A stretch of 64,000 nucleotides of DNA, taken from Rhodothermales bacterium. GTDB taxonomy: Bacteria; Bacteroidota; Rhodothermia; Rhodothermales; Bin80. Location of the stretch: positions 1,672,929-1,736,928 of the forward strand of contig OZ244857.1 in the NCBI GenBank assembly GCA_965220935.1, in the 5' to 3' direction. Under the pieces are notes generated by a model. The model made no database searches and was not told the origin of the DNA. It saw only the letters and a program-made list of their open reading frames with translations. The position numbers and the translations under genes are program-made. Position 1 is the stretch's first letter. Each line of letters starts with the position of its first letter. Below, piece by piece: positions 19,628 to 28,854 of the stretch.

Positions 19628-20729
19628 TTATTGTAATAGATACGCTTTGATAAAGCTGTGAATATCCCCATCCATGATAGACTGGACATCAGGAATCTTG
19701 AGTTCTGTTCTGTGATCATTGACCATTGTATAGGGTTGGAAGACGTAAGATCGAATTTGACTTCCGAAGTCAATTTTTTTCTTTTGCGATTCACGTTTGT
19801 TTTTCTCCTCTTCTTGGATGGCCAACTCTAACCGATACACTCGGCTTTTAAGCATTGTCATTGCACGTTCTCGATTCTGAAGTTGGCTACGCTCTTCTGT
19901 ACATTCGGCAGCAACGCGAACCTGTTCACCGTTTGATAGTTCACCTTCCCAGATCAACCGCACCCCCGTGTCTAGCTTATTAACATTTTGGCCTCCTTTA
20001 CCTCCAGAGCGAAAGGTTTGGAGTTCAATGTCTGCTGAACGGAGATCAATTTCTATTGTGTCATCAATTTCTGGATAGACAAAAACGCTGGCGAATGATG
20101 TATGGCGGCGTGAATTTGAATCAAATGGGGAGATACGAACTAAGCGATGTACACCTGATTCTGCCTTGAGGTAACCATAGGCAAAGTCTCCCTGAATACT
20201 CAGGGATGCACTTTTAATTCCAGCAACTTCTCCCGCTTGATGCCCAAGAAGGTGTACATTGAATCCTTGTCGCTCCGCGTAGCGGGTATACATCCGCAAT
20301 AGCATTTCGGCCCAGTCTTGACTTTCGGTGCCTCCAGCCCCAGGATTAATGGTTAGAATTGCGTTGCGCTTATCATCTCCAGCGGAAAGCATACTCCGCA
20401 ACTCCAACGACTCAATGGATTTTAGCAATGCTTCGCAGGATTCAGCAATCTCTGCGTCAAGGTCTTCGGACTCTTCTTCGGAGAGTTCAATCAATACGGA
20501 TATATCTTCTGCATGCCCTTTGACTATGCTATAGTCGTCTATCCACGTATTTTCTGAGGCGATTGCGCGTTCATTCTCTTGAGCCGATTCTGCGTCATCC
20601 CAGTAATCGGGGGCAAGGCGTTTTTGGCTTAGTTCTTCAACTTTTTCAGATCGCTTATCAACGTCAAAGATAGCCTCCGAGCGCATGGGCACGCTCAATT
20701 AAGTTTTCGATATCTGGTCTGGATAACAT
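19628..20729 (-). CDS. prfB: Peptide chain release factor 2, requiring a programmed +1 frameshift at 20664..20669
   Basis: Frame 0 from the ATG at 20729 reads MLSRPDIENLIERAHALGGYL then TGA. The +1 frame continues DVDKRSEKVEELSQK... into the 356-aa ORF (SGGKGGQNVNK = GGQ motif, and SPF). The listed ORF start at 20698 is an artefact of the frameshift. Confidence 0.9.
20663..20678 (-). promoter_or_regulatory. prfB +1 ribosomal frameshift site (SD-like GGAGG followed by TAT CTT TGA C)
   Basis: The minus strand reads tcGGAGGcTATCTTTGACg, which matches the canonical RF2 autoregulatory site (E. coli: AGGGGG TAT CTT TGA C). Confidence 0.85.
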
Positions 20730-20879
20730 CAAGGTAAAATGATTTATACTAAAGACTGAAGATTGTCTTACTCAAACATAAATCATAGGTTTAACTAAGA
20801 GCATGAAATGCTATCGTATAGTCTGAATATTCGGGACTATTGTTACTTGACTTCCCAGTCAAATTCAATACACCTGATG

Positions 20880-23516
20880 TTAACTGGAATCTAAAATTTC
20901 AAAAAATGCTTCCTTAAACTCCTCCTTATTATGCCCCATTTGATTGAAAAAGGGCAATCCGCGCACAATGTACTCTTCTACCTGAAACACTTCTTGAACT
21001 TTATCAGTCCATTGTATATTCGCCATAAAATCTTGTTTCCATAAATCATTGGATATGAGATGTTCTCCTTTGGGCTCAATAAATAACTGGAGAATATTTC
21101 CAACTTCTTCACCTTTTTTCCGAAGAAATAAGATAAAGTCAGGCTCAAATCCCTCCCCATTTTCAAAAGAGTAAAGTTTTACGGCCTTTTCATTTCTCAG
21201 AAGAAAAAAATCATCATATCGTTTTTTGAGGTTTTCGGCCTCGTAATACAAATACTCAATGAAGCGCTTTTCCTCGCTTGTTCCATAACTCGTATCATAA
21301 GCGTGCCAATCTTCATCAATTGGATTAATAAGGTTTAGGTTCGGTAAATTGCTCTCCTTCCAGCTAAGCCCTTTTTCACCTTGAATTTTAATTTTCAGTG
21401 TCTTATCAACAAAGCACTGGCTGATTTTCTTACGCGTGAACTCAGTTGTTCCGACGAATTCTGCCCTACGACGCTTCAAACTAATCTCAATTTGATTAAG
21501 GGCATATTGTACAATTTTAACACTCTGACGAGCAGTTATTCGTTCAAGATCTTCACGATTTCCTCGAACCTGAATATTCACATTTCTTAGGAATAATTCC
21601 GAAGTTTGAAACTCTAGTGTACTTCGGAGGTGTGGAAAATATCTTTGTAGGTTAACGAAGTGAAAAAAATCATTGGAGTCCATGGCAAAATCCAAAATAG
21701 ATCTGTCAAATTCTGATACATTCAAGTTTTTAGAAACCACTGTAGAATTATTGCCACATTGACTTCCCCCTTCGTCATTGTGATTAAAGGCTGATATTTC
21801 GGTGACTTGTCCTGTCATCAGAGTGTGTGGAAATACAAAGTTTGTTTCTATTTCGTAGGATCTCAATTGGCCAATACTTTCAGGTAAGAACTTGCTTCTC
21901 CGATCATTGACCCACACATAACCGATCTTATAAAACTGTGATTGCTTAAAACTGTCTTTCAGACGTAGATGTACTGTACGGCTTTTTTCATCATGCATTC
22001 CGATTTTTTTAAGTGCTCGCTTAAGCTCATCAATGTATCTTGGATTATGGGAGCAGTGATAATGTAGCTCCTCCAAAATTCTTAGATTGTGTTCTATATT
22101 TCTATCGTACTTACGCTTTTCTGGTGTGGCTTCTGGTAAATCGGGATCCATAAACGGGAAATATCTGGCACCCCGCCCTATGAGTTGCGCCTCTGACATA
22201 GTTGTTGCGCCAATCCTTTCGCCTCTACTATCTCTAGTATTATATAGGCGCACAATGTCAAATAAATTTAGAACGTCCCATCCCTCATCCAACTTATTGA
22301 CTGCAAAAATTACTCGAAGATCATTAGATTTGTCTTCCAGATTGTTTAAGTCTATCTGAAGATCCTCAAGATCTATAAGTCTGTTTACATTTGCGGTCTT
22401 CCCGTCTCCAAAATCCCCTTTTAACTCAAGTGCAAAATCATCAAATTCTATTCCGCATTCGTCAATGATATATTCAAAAGCTCCTGATAAGGTCATGTCG
22501 TTCACTGATGAATTACGAATTTGTCTAAGATTATCACCAGACAATCCATTGACCATGGATACAAATAAAGTCTCATTTTCGGCCGATTGGGCAATAGTTT
22601 TGGACTTCATTAGAATCACAGGCTTACAAAATATTCCATGTGCTTCTGCTACTTTTCGCCTGTATTGACTTAACACCATGGCTTGTAGCATTCGATCATG
22701 CGGAGTTAAATCGGCCTGCCTTAATTCAATATCTTTTGAATATCCATCCGCCCTAAAATGCTTTAATTGGTAATCATAAATGACCTTGTCGTAATACTTT
22801 ATCTTAATTTCACTGTGATTGAGATCAGCAGTAGCAGTAAACTCCAATAGAATATTTTTAGAGTGTTGATCAAAAATAGATGTGACGGTATTTTCCCAGC
22901 TTTTGAGCCCAGTAACCTCGGTAGATGTTAAATTGTTTCTTGTGTGTGCATTTAGATGGTGAGCCTCATCCGAGATCATAACTATTTGGTGTTCCTGAAA
23001 ATCTTCCATTGTTACAGCATCTTCTCTGGGATTGAGCATTCTTGTGTGTAACCCTTGAATTGTAGTAAAATGAATATTGATCGTTTGAAGATTCGCTGCC
23101 TCAAAGGTATCAACTGCTTGAACTTCCACTTGCTTACCATCAATGCGTATGTTCTGACTGAATAAATATTTCAGCGATTGTGAGTTAAGAAAATTATCTC
23201 TGGTTTTTTCAATTATCTGATTTGAGTTTACAAAAAACAGGAAATTCCTATAGCCCCGACGATAAAGATCAAGTATTAAAGCAGCCATCAATACTGTTTT
23301 ACCGCTTCCTGTTGCCATGTGAAACAGCAAATGAGGTCTTGGTGATCTGTGGTTATACTTATCAATGTAGTAAAACCACCGTTCAATTGCTTCAACTTGA
23401 TAAGGACGAAGATTAATTCTTTGGGCAAGATTGTCAGTGATATTGGATGGTAAGTCTTTTTTTAAGATATCCTGCTCTGACAATGTGTCAAATGTTTCAA
23501 GAAGACTCCGTTTCAT
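20880..23516 (-). CDS. res: Type III restriction enzyme Res subunit (SF2 helicase + PD-(D/E)xK nuclease)
   Basis: 878 aa with motif I FHMATGSGKT, motif II MISDEAHHL and motif VI QLIGRGARY. The C-terminal nuclease-like segment is GFEPDFILF...LQLFIEPKGEHL. The start overlaps the upstream mod stop (ATGA at 23513..23516). Confidence 0.85.
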   Translation of the reverse strand: MKRSLLETFDTLSEQDILKKDLPSNITDNLAQRINLRPYQVEAIERWFYYIDKYNHRSPRPHLLFHMATGSGKTVLMAALILDLYRRGYRNFLFFVNSNQIIEKTRDNFLNSQSLKYLFSQNIRIDGKQVEVQAVDTFEAANLQTINIHFTTIQGLHTRMLNPREDAVTMEDFQEHQIVMISDEAHHLNAHTRNNLTSTEVTGLKSWENTVTSIFDQHSKNILLEFTATADLNHSEIKIKYYDKVIYDYQLKHFRADGYSKDIELRQADLTPHDRMLQAMVLSQYRRKVAEAHGIFCKPVILMKSKTIAQSAENETLFVSMVNGLSGDNLRQIRNSSVNDMTLSGAFEYIIDECGIEFDDFALELKGDFGDGKTANVNRLIDLEDLQIDLNNLEDKSNDLRVIFAVNKLDEGWDVLNLFDIVRLYNTRDSRGERIGATTMSEAQLIGRGARYFPFMDPDLPEATPEKRKYDRNIEHNLRILEELHYHCSHNPRYIDELKRALKKIGMHDEKSRTVHLRLKDSFKQSQFYKIGYVWVNDRRSKFLPESIGQLRSYEIETNFVFPHTLMTGQVTEISAFNHNDEGGSQCGNNSTVVSKNLNVSEFDRSILDFAMDSNDFFHFVNLQRYFPHLRSTLEFQTSELFLRNVNIQVRGNREDLERITARQSVKIVQYALNQIEISLKRRRAEFVGTTEFTRKKISQCFVDKTLKIKIQGEKGLSWKESNLPNLNLINPIDEDWHAYDTSYGTSEEKRFIEYLYYEAENLKKRYDDFFLLRNEKAVKLYSFENGEGFEPDFILFLRKKGEEVGNILQLFIEPKGEHLISNDLWKQDFMANIQWTDKVQEVFQVEEYIVRGLPFFNQMGHNKEEFKEAFFEILDSS

Positions 23517-24782
23517 AGATCTATTTTGTAGAATTTTCTGGTAATTTCTACATTTTCATCAGAGATTGAAAACCACTCATCGCCGAGTGAATGGATGTTA
23601 ACATATAAATGATTGGCATCCATACAATCTTTCAGCGCTCGCTTCGCATCATCCATGGAAAGATTCGTAAATTTTTCTGATGCAAAAGATTTCATATTGA
23701 CATCATAGCGAAGAAAACCAGTCTTTTGTATTTCGTTTTTGATGCAAAGTAGAGTTTTGAAGTCAGTAGCTGCGTCAATTTTCTCCATAAATTGTGAGTT
23801 AGAGTCTGCAAGTTGAGCATAAATAAATGAACCACCTCCTGCCCAGTCAACTACCTTAGAAACTCCACCCTGTTCGCCTTCAATGACCTTTTTTAGGCGG
23901 ATCTTGATTAAGTCATCAACATAGTTCATCTGTTCAATTGCAATCCATTGACGCCCCATCTTGTGAGCAACTGCTGGCGTGGTGCCTGACCCTGCAAAGA
24001 AATCCATCACAATATCATTCGGATTTGTTGATGCGCGGATGATTAGTTCTGCAAAGGCTTCTGGCTTTGGATAGGCAAAATCCACTTTCCCAAATATCTT
24101 ATTTCGTTCTTTGGTTGCTTTCTGATTCATGTATTGATTATCTGCACCTTCAAGGCTTCCAAGTAAATTATATTCGCTTTTGATTTCACTTAAATAGCGC
24201 TTAAAAATAAAGCCTCTCTGATTTTCAGAATGCTTTTTTCTAAATTTGATTTTTCCAGATTTAATGTAATCTCGAAGTCTCCCTCCCGAAAATAGCCACT
24301 GGCGATTTTCGGGAGGGAGATCAACTTTCCCTGTATATGGGTTCTTAATTGGAAAATAATAATCACCCGACCGAGCACTTGGATTATCACTTGCCCATGG
24401 TCCATTGGGATCATTGTCGGGGTTCTTGTAATTCTCAAATGTCTTTTTTTTACCAACTAATTCAATCTTGGACTTATCCTTTGCATAGATGAGTGTATTT
24501 TCGTGCTGAATATTAAATCCAGTTCTCGCATCATTAGTTGTTGACTTTGTCTTCCTTATTAAATCTCCCACGAAGTTCTCTCTTCTGAATATCTCATCCA
24601 TCAACACTTTGAGATAGGCCTGTTCATTATCGTCAATATGGATAACTATCAACCCATCATCTGTAAGAAACTGTTTGGCCACTTCAAGTCGATTACGCAT
24701 GAACGTGAGCCACGAACTGTGATTGAATCTGTCATTATATCTGAACCCATCATTCCCCGTATTGTAAGGGGGATCAATGTAA

Positions 24783-25391
24783 ATCAATTTCACTTTCCCC
24801 GCATAGCGAGTTTTCAGTGAATGGAGAGCTAAGAGATTATTACCCTTAATCAGCAAATTGTCATCTTCACGCACCTCACCTACTGCACTGGAAAATGCCC
24901 CCCCCCCCCCCCCATTTTTTCTGGATTGACACTCCAGCGCTCCCATCCTGTCAACACCTTTGGCTCAAACAATCTTGTAATGTCATCTGGAGACAACACA
25001 GTGTTCCAGAATATCTCTTTTCTCCCCCGATCTTCCTTTGTCATACCACCCTCCAAAACACAGTCCTTGTAAGGCCATGTAAGGACTACATCGCGTGACT
25101 GACTTAAATGATTCCCTCGCCCATCTACCAGACCAATACGATTTTTGAATGCCGTGTAACTGTTTGGGAGAAAGGTCTTGTTTGACACAAAACTTTGGAA
25201 TTTCACCTTGTCAAAAACCAGGGTTTTACCAACTTTGACAAAAAAGTGTGATTTGATTTTTTCGGATTGAAGTAGCAGTTCAAGAAGCCTTTTATCCAAA
25301 CGCAAGGCCGCTTCAATGACAACATTTCGGAGAATCTCTCCATCAGAAATATACTCAGACTCAGACTCTAATAACTTGATTAAATCGTTAA
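24783..25391. repeat. Direct repeat copy A: 5' module of mod copy 1 (609 nt including C16)
   Basis: By-eye alignment to 26830..27433 shows no differences apart from homopolymer length. The encoded N-terminal ~175 aa are identical in the two ORF translations. Confidence 0.85.
24898..24913. repeat. C16 homopolymer (G16 on the mod coding strand)
   Basis: Counted directly: ...gaaaatg ccc / cccccccccc / ccc atttttt. Tracts of G11, G14 or G17 would be in frame; G16 is not. Confidence 0.95.
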
Positions 25392-25562
25392 AGAGATTTT
25401 GCATGTTTGATGCTTATGACCGTGATTGTTCGGTTTGAAAGTTTATAAATTGATAGATCAATTAATGTTACCGTTAAATAGTATTCCAAATAAGACATAC
25501 GGGAGATCATCTCAAAGTCAAACCCTCAAAACCAGAAATATACGAACTTCTAAGTATAATCA

Positions 25563-27488
25563 TTACGAAATGCCGTAAAATTTACGAGTCAATTCTGCAT
25601 CTTCTTTGGAAATTGTATGCACTTCATCGCCGAGCGAGTTGAGGTTTACATATAGATTATTGGTATCCAAGCAATCCATCAACAAACGCTTTGCATCATC
25701 CAGAGGAATATTGAAGAAATCATTATCATCAAATGGTTCCAAGTTAACATCATATCTGAGAAAACCTGTTGCTTGAATTTGATTCTTTATCGCATAGAGT
25801 TTTGAAATATCAGTAGCGATAGAAATTTGATCTACAAAAACCGAATTTGAATCCGCAAGCTCTGCATAAATAAATGATCCACCTCCAGTCCATCCGATAG
25901 TTTTTGATATTCCACCTTGCTCACCTTCAATCACCCTCTTCATTCGTTCAATCGTAGTATTTTGGATATAATCCATTTGTTCAATTCCAATGAATCTCCG
26001 TTTCATTTTATGTGCGGTGCTAATAGTGGTACCGCTTCCTAAATGATAATCTAGCACAATATCTCCTTCATCGGTTGACAGTTGTATAATTCTTTCCATT
26101 AACCCCTCTGGTTTAGGATTAGCAAATACTTTTTGCCCAAATAACTGTTTAAGGTGTTGTGTGCCATTTGTAGTTGTTTGTAAATCTCTCCACAAGGTAG
26201 TTGTAACTTCCCCTCGTGATTTCGCTTCAGACCAAAATCTTTTTCTCTGAGGACCGGCTTCGCCAGAAATACCAAATACAATCCGACCATCAGCGAGTAA
26301 TTCATCAAAAACTTTTTTTTCATTTTTCCAACTATTTCCTTTATTGGGCTTATATACCACTCCTGTATGTGGATTAGTAATTTCATATAACTGATTAGGT
26401 CTTTTTCCCCCAACCTGGAAGGGATCTGCCACCCATTTGCCTCTTGCATCATTATCTGGATTTGAAAATTTACTTTCATCACTGGGGAGTCTAAACTGAG
26501 TTCTATTTTTCTTCAACTGTTTTATATCCTTTGAGTACAATAACAAATGAGTATGTGCATTGGAAATTAAAGCTGTATTGGTCACTGACTTTGTGGAATT
26601 CCATATGACATCAGCTACAAAATTATCTCTTCCAAAAATTTCATCCATCAATATTTTACAATAGTGCGCCTCTTCATCAGACAGTGAAATCCAGAATAAA
26701 CCATCCTTAGATAATAATTCTCTTGCCGCTTCCAAACGATTTCGCATAAACGTCAGCCATGTTGAATGCCTGAATCGGTCGTTATACTGGAAACCGTCAT
26801 TTCCTGTATTGTAAGGGGGGTCAATAAAGATCAATTTCACTTTCCCCGCATAGCGAGTTTTCAGTGAATGGAGAGCTAAGAGATTATTACCCTTAATCAG
26901 CAAATTGTCATCTTCACGCACCTCACCTACTGCACTGGAAAATGCCCCCCCCCCCATTTTTTCTGGATTGACACTCCAGCGCTCCCATCCTGTCAACACC
27001 TTTGGCTCAAACAATCTTGTAATGTCATCTGGAGACAACACAGTGTTCCAGAATATCTCTTTTCTCCCCCGATCTTCCTTTGTCATACCACCCTCCAAAA
27101 CACAGTCCTTGTAAGGCCATGTAAGGACTACATCGCGTGACTGACTTAAATGATTCCCTCGCCCATCTACCAGACCAATACGATTTTTGAATGCCGTGTA
27201 ACTGTTTGGGAGAAAGGTCTTGTTTGACACAAAACTTTGGAATTTCACCTTGTCAAAAACCAGGGTTTTACCAACTTTGACAAAAAAGTGTGATTTGATT
27301 TTTTCGGATTGAAGTAGCAGTTCAAGAAGCCTTTTATCCAAACGCAAGGCCGCTTCAATGACAACATTTCGGAGAATCTCTCCATCAGAAATATACTCAG
27401 ACTCAGACTCTAATAACTTGATTAAATCGTTAAGGATATTTTGTTGATTTCCTGAATAATCCTGATTTCTGTTCATGATTGATGCCAT
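25563..27488 (-). CDS. mod: Type III DNA methyltransferase Mod (copy 2, intact, N6-adenine beta-class order IV-TRD-I)
   Basis: 641 aa with IFIDPPYNTGNDGF (motif IV), a central region divergent from copy 1 (candidate target-recognition domain), and VLDYHLGSGTT (motif I). The poly-G tract encodes GGG in frame. Confidence 0.9.
   Translation of the reverse strand: MASIMNRNQDYSGNQQNILNDLIKLLESESEYISDGEILRNVVIEAALRLDKRLLELLLQSEKIKSHFFVKVGKTLVFDKVKFQSFVSNKTFLPNSYTAFKNRIGLVDGRGNHLSQSRDVVLTWPYKDCVLEGGMTKEDRGRKEIFWNTVLSPDDITRLFEPKVLTGWERWSVNPEKMGGGAFSSAVGEVREDDNLLIKGNNLLALHSLKTRYAGKVKLIFIDPPYNTGNDGFQYNDRFRHSTWLTFMRNRLEAARELLSKDGLFWISLSDEEAHYCKILMDEIFGRDNFVADVIWNSTKSVTNTALISNAHTHLLLYSKDIKQLKKNRTQFRLPSDESKFSNPDNDARGKWVADPFQVGGKRPNQLYEITNPHTGVVYKPNKGNSWKNEKKVFDELLADGRIVFGISGEAGPQRKRFWSEAKSRGEVTTTLWRDLQTTTNGTQHLKQLFGQKVFANPKPEGLMERIIQLSTDEGDIVLDYHLGSGTTISTAHKMKRRFIGIEQMDYIQNTTIERMKRVIEGEQGGISKTIGWTGGGSFIYAELADSNSVFVDQISIATDISKLYAIKNQIQATGFLRYDVNLEPFDDNDFFNIPLDDAKRLLMDCLDTNNLYVNLNSLGDEVHTISKEDAELTRKFYGIS
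26830..27433. repeat. Direct repeat copy B: 5' module of mod copy 2 (604 nt including C11)
   Basis: See 24783..25391. The copies are offset by about 2.04 kb in the same orientation. Confidence 0.85.
26945..26955. repeat. C11 homopolymer (G11 on the mod coding strand), in frame
   Basis: Counted directly: aatg cccccc / ccccc atttt. Confidence 0.95.
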
Positions 27489-27618
27489 TCTAACTTACAA
27501 TTGATCTGTTATTAATGTATCGGGGCCGGTCACCTTTTATTGGCACACAGTACGGTCCCATTCTATTTTCAACTAATATACTCAGATATCATGTTGCAAG
27601 ACCATGCTGAGGCAAAAT

Positions 27619-28848
27619 CTATTCATGGGGGGACGGTTTGGCCCAGATGGTTAAAACCAACTCCTCACCATATAAATTATACACGGGGGTTTGACCTGAA
27701 TGACTTTTGCATATGCTTAATATAGTCCTAACTCCCTCACCACGAGATTCAAGGATCACTTTACCAGTAGATGAGGCTTTTATTCGTGATAAAAAATTGA
27801 CCAATAGCTGATTTCTAGTGAATACGCGATACGCCATTAGCTCAATGGTAATTGCATTGGGTAAGTCACCAGGGCTATAAATCTCAATCCGGTCTGAAAA
27901 TAAAAACATCCGAATCTTAGATCCACGGATTGAGTAATCTCTGTGCGCCACAGCATTGACGATTGCCTCACGAATTGCGCGGAGGTCATACTGAGGATAC
28001 TCAATTCGTCCAGCAGGCTTACGAGCAGGTTTCAGCATAAATCGATCTACAAACTTAATCGCACTCTCAATCTGAGTATCCACAGTGCTCTCAATACGCT
28101 CACTATGGACTAAGTCATCCGAAGTAAATTGAATACTTTTATACACGGCTGCTTCAATATATGCGTTCTGCATGTAGTTCTGAGGTGACGTACCGAATAT
28201 CAAAAGTCCTGTAACAGTTGTGCGAAATAAATCATCATCAATTCTTGAAATTACTTTGGTGTTTCTTAGTAAATCAACCCATGAAAGAGTCTTGGAGTGC
28301 CCTCCAAAATAAGATTCTAATTTACTTTGATCAAGATCATCTATTGTGGTACCTGGAACTAATTGTTCATCAAAAATAAATGTGCGCTCCCTTTCTTGGT
28401 ATAGCCGGGGAAGCATAGGCCCTTTGAGCAATTGTTTAGTTGATCCAACGCGCACATAATGACGACCACTGCTGGTAATATGAACATATAATCCTTTTGG
28501 AATTTTGACTAATAAAATTGTAGCATTTTCACCGTTCGGCATGGGAAGATACTCCCACTGGAGTGAGGGATTTAATGGCGGATCGCAGCTATTTGTAGCT
28601 ACATTGATGATCCAGTGCTCAATATCCTTGAGACGATCTTTCGGAAACCCTCTAACAATTCCATCGTCATCTACCCCTAGGAAGATCGTACCTCCGTTAG
28701 AATTGGCAAAAGCAACCATTTCCGAAGCAATTGCATCCTCGTTTGGTGATCGCACGCCATGCTTTGCCATAACTACTTGTTTAAATTCAGAGTGAGAACC
28801 CTCTCCAAGAGATAACTGCTTAAAAATTTGATTTGTTGTGTAGTGCAT
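27619..28848 (-). CDS. AlbA_2 (Schlafen-like) DNA-binding domain + HATPase_c_4-like ATP-binding protein (COG2865-type putative regulator)
   Basis: 409 aa. The N-terminal SEFKQ...EMVAFANSNGGTIFLGVDDDGIVRGF is the AlbA_2 signature. The C-terminal IREAIVNAVAHRDYSIRGSKIRMFLFSDRIEIYSPGDLP...TRNQLL is the RecG-C-terminal-like HATPase_c_4 signature. Confidence 0.7.
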   Translation of the reverse strand: MHYTTNQIFKQLSLGEGSHSEFKQVVMAKHGVRSPNEDAIASEMVAFANSNGGTIFLGVDDDGIVRGFPKDRLKDIEHWIINVATNSCDPPLNPSLQWEYLPMPNGENATILLVKIPKGLYVHITSSGRHYVRVGSTKQLLKGPMLPRLYQERERTFIFDEQLVPGTTIDDLDQSKLESYFGGHSKTLSWVDLLRNTKVISRIDDDLFRTTVTGLLIFGTSPQNYMQNAYIEAAVYKSIQFTSDDLVHSERIESTVDTQIESAIKFVDRFMLKPARKPAGRIEYPQYDLRAIREAIVNAVAHRDYSIRGSKIRMFLFSDRIEIYSPGDLPNAITIELMAYRVFTRNQLLVNFLSRIKASSTGKVILESRGEGVRTILSICKSHSGQTPVYNLYGEELVLTIWAKPSPHE

Positions 28849-28854
28849 AGTTTT

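Larger units (their letters stand above)
23513..25404 (-). pseudogene. mod: Type III DNA methyltransferase Mod (copy 1), split into ORFs 24880..25404 and 23513..24946 by a frameshift in a poly-G tract (phase-OFF state)
   Basis: The N-terminal ORF ends ...NPEKMGGGGGHFPVQ*. The downstream ORF resumes ...GGGGGAFSSAVGEVREDDNLLIKGNNLLALHSL...IYIDPPYNTGNDGF (motif IV) ...MDFFAGSGTT (motif I). The intact paralog reads NPEKMGGGAFSSAVGEVRE through the same point. Confidence 0.9.

Noticed and set aside
24880-25404. Treating the 174-aa N-terminal mod fragment as a separate functional gene (a stand-alone N-terminal domain protein).
   Set aside because: It is nucleotide-identical to the first ~175 codons of the intact mod2 and ends 5 codons after the homopolymer in the shifted frame. 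It is the OFF-state product of mod1, not an independent gene.
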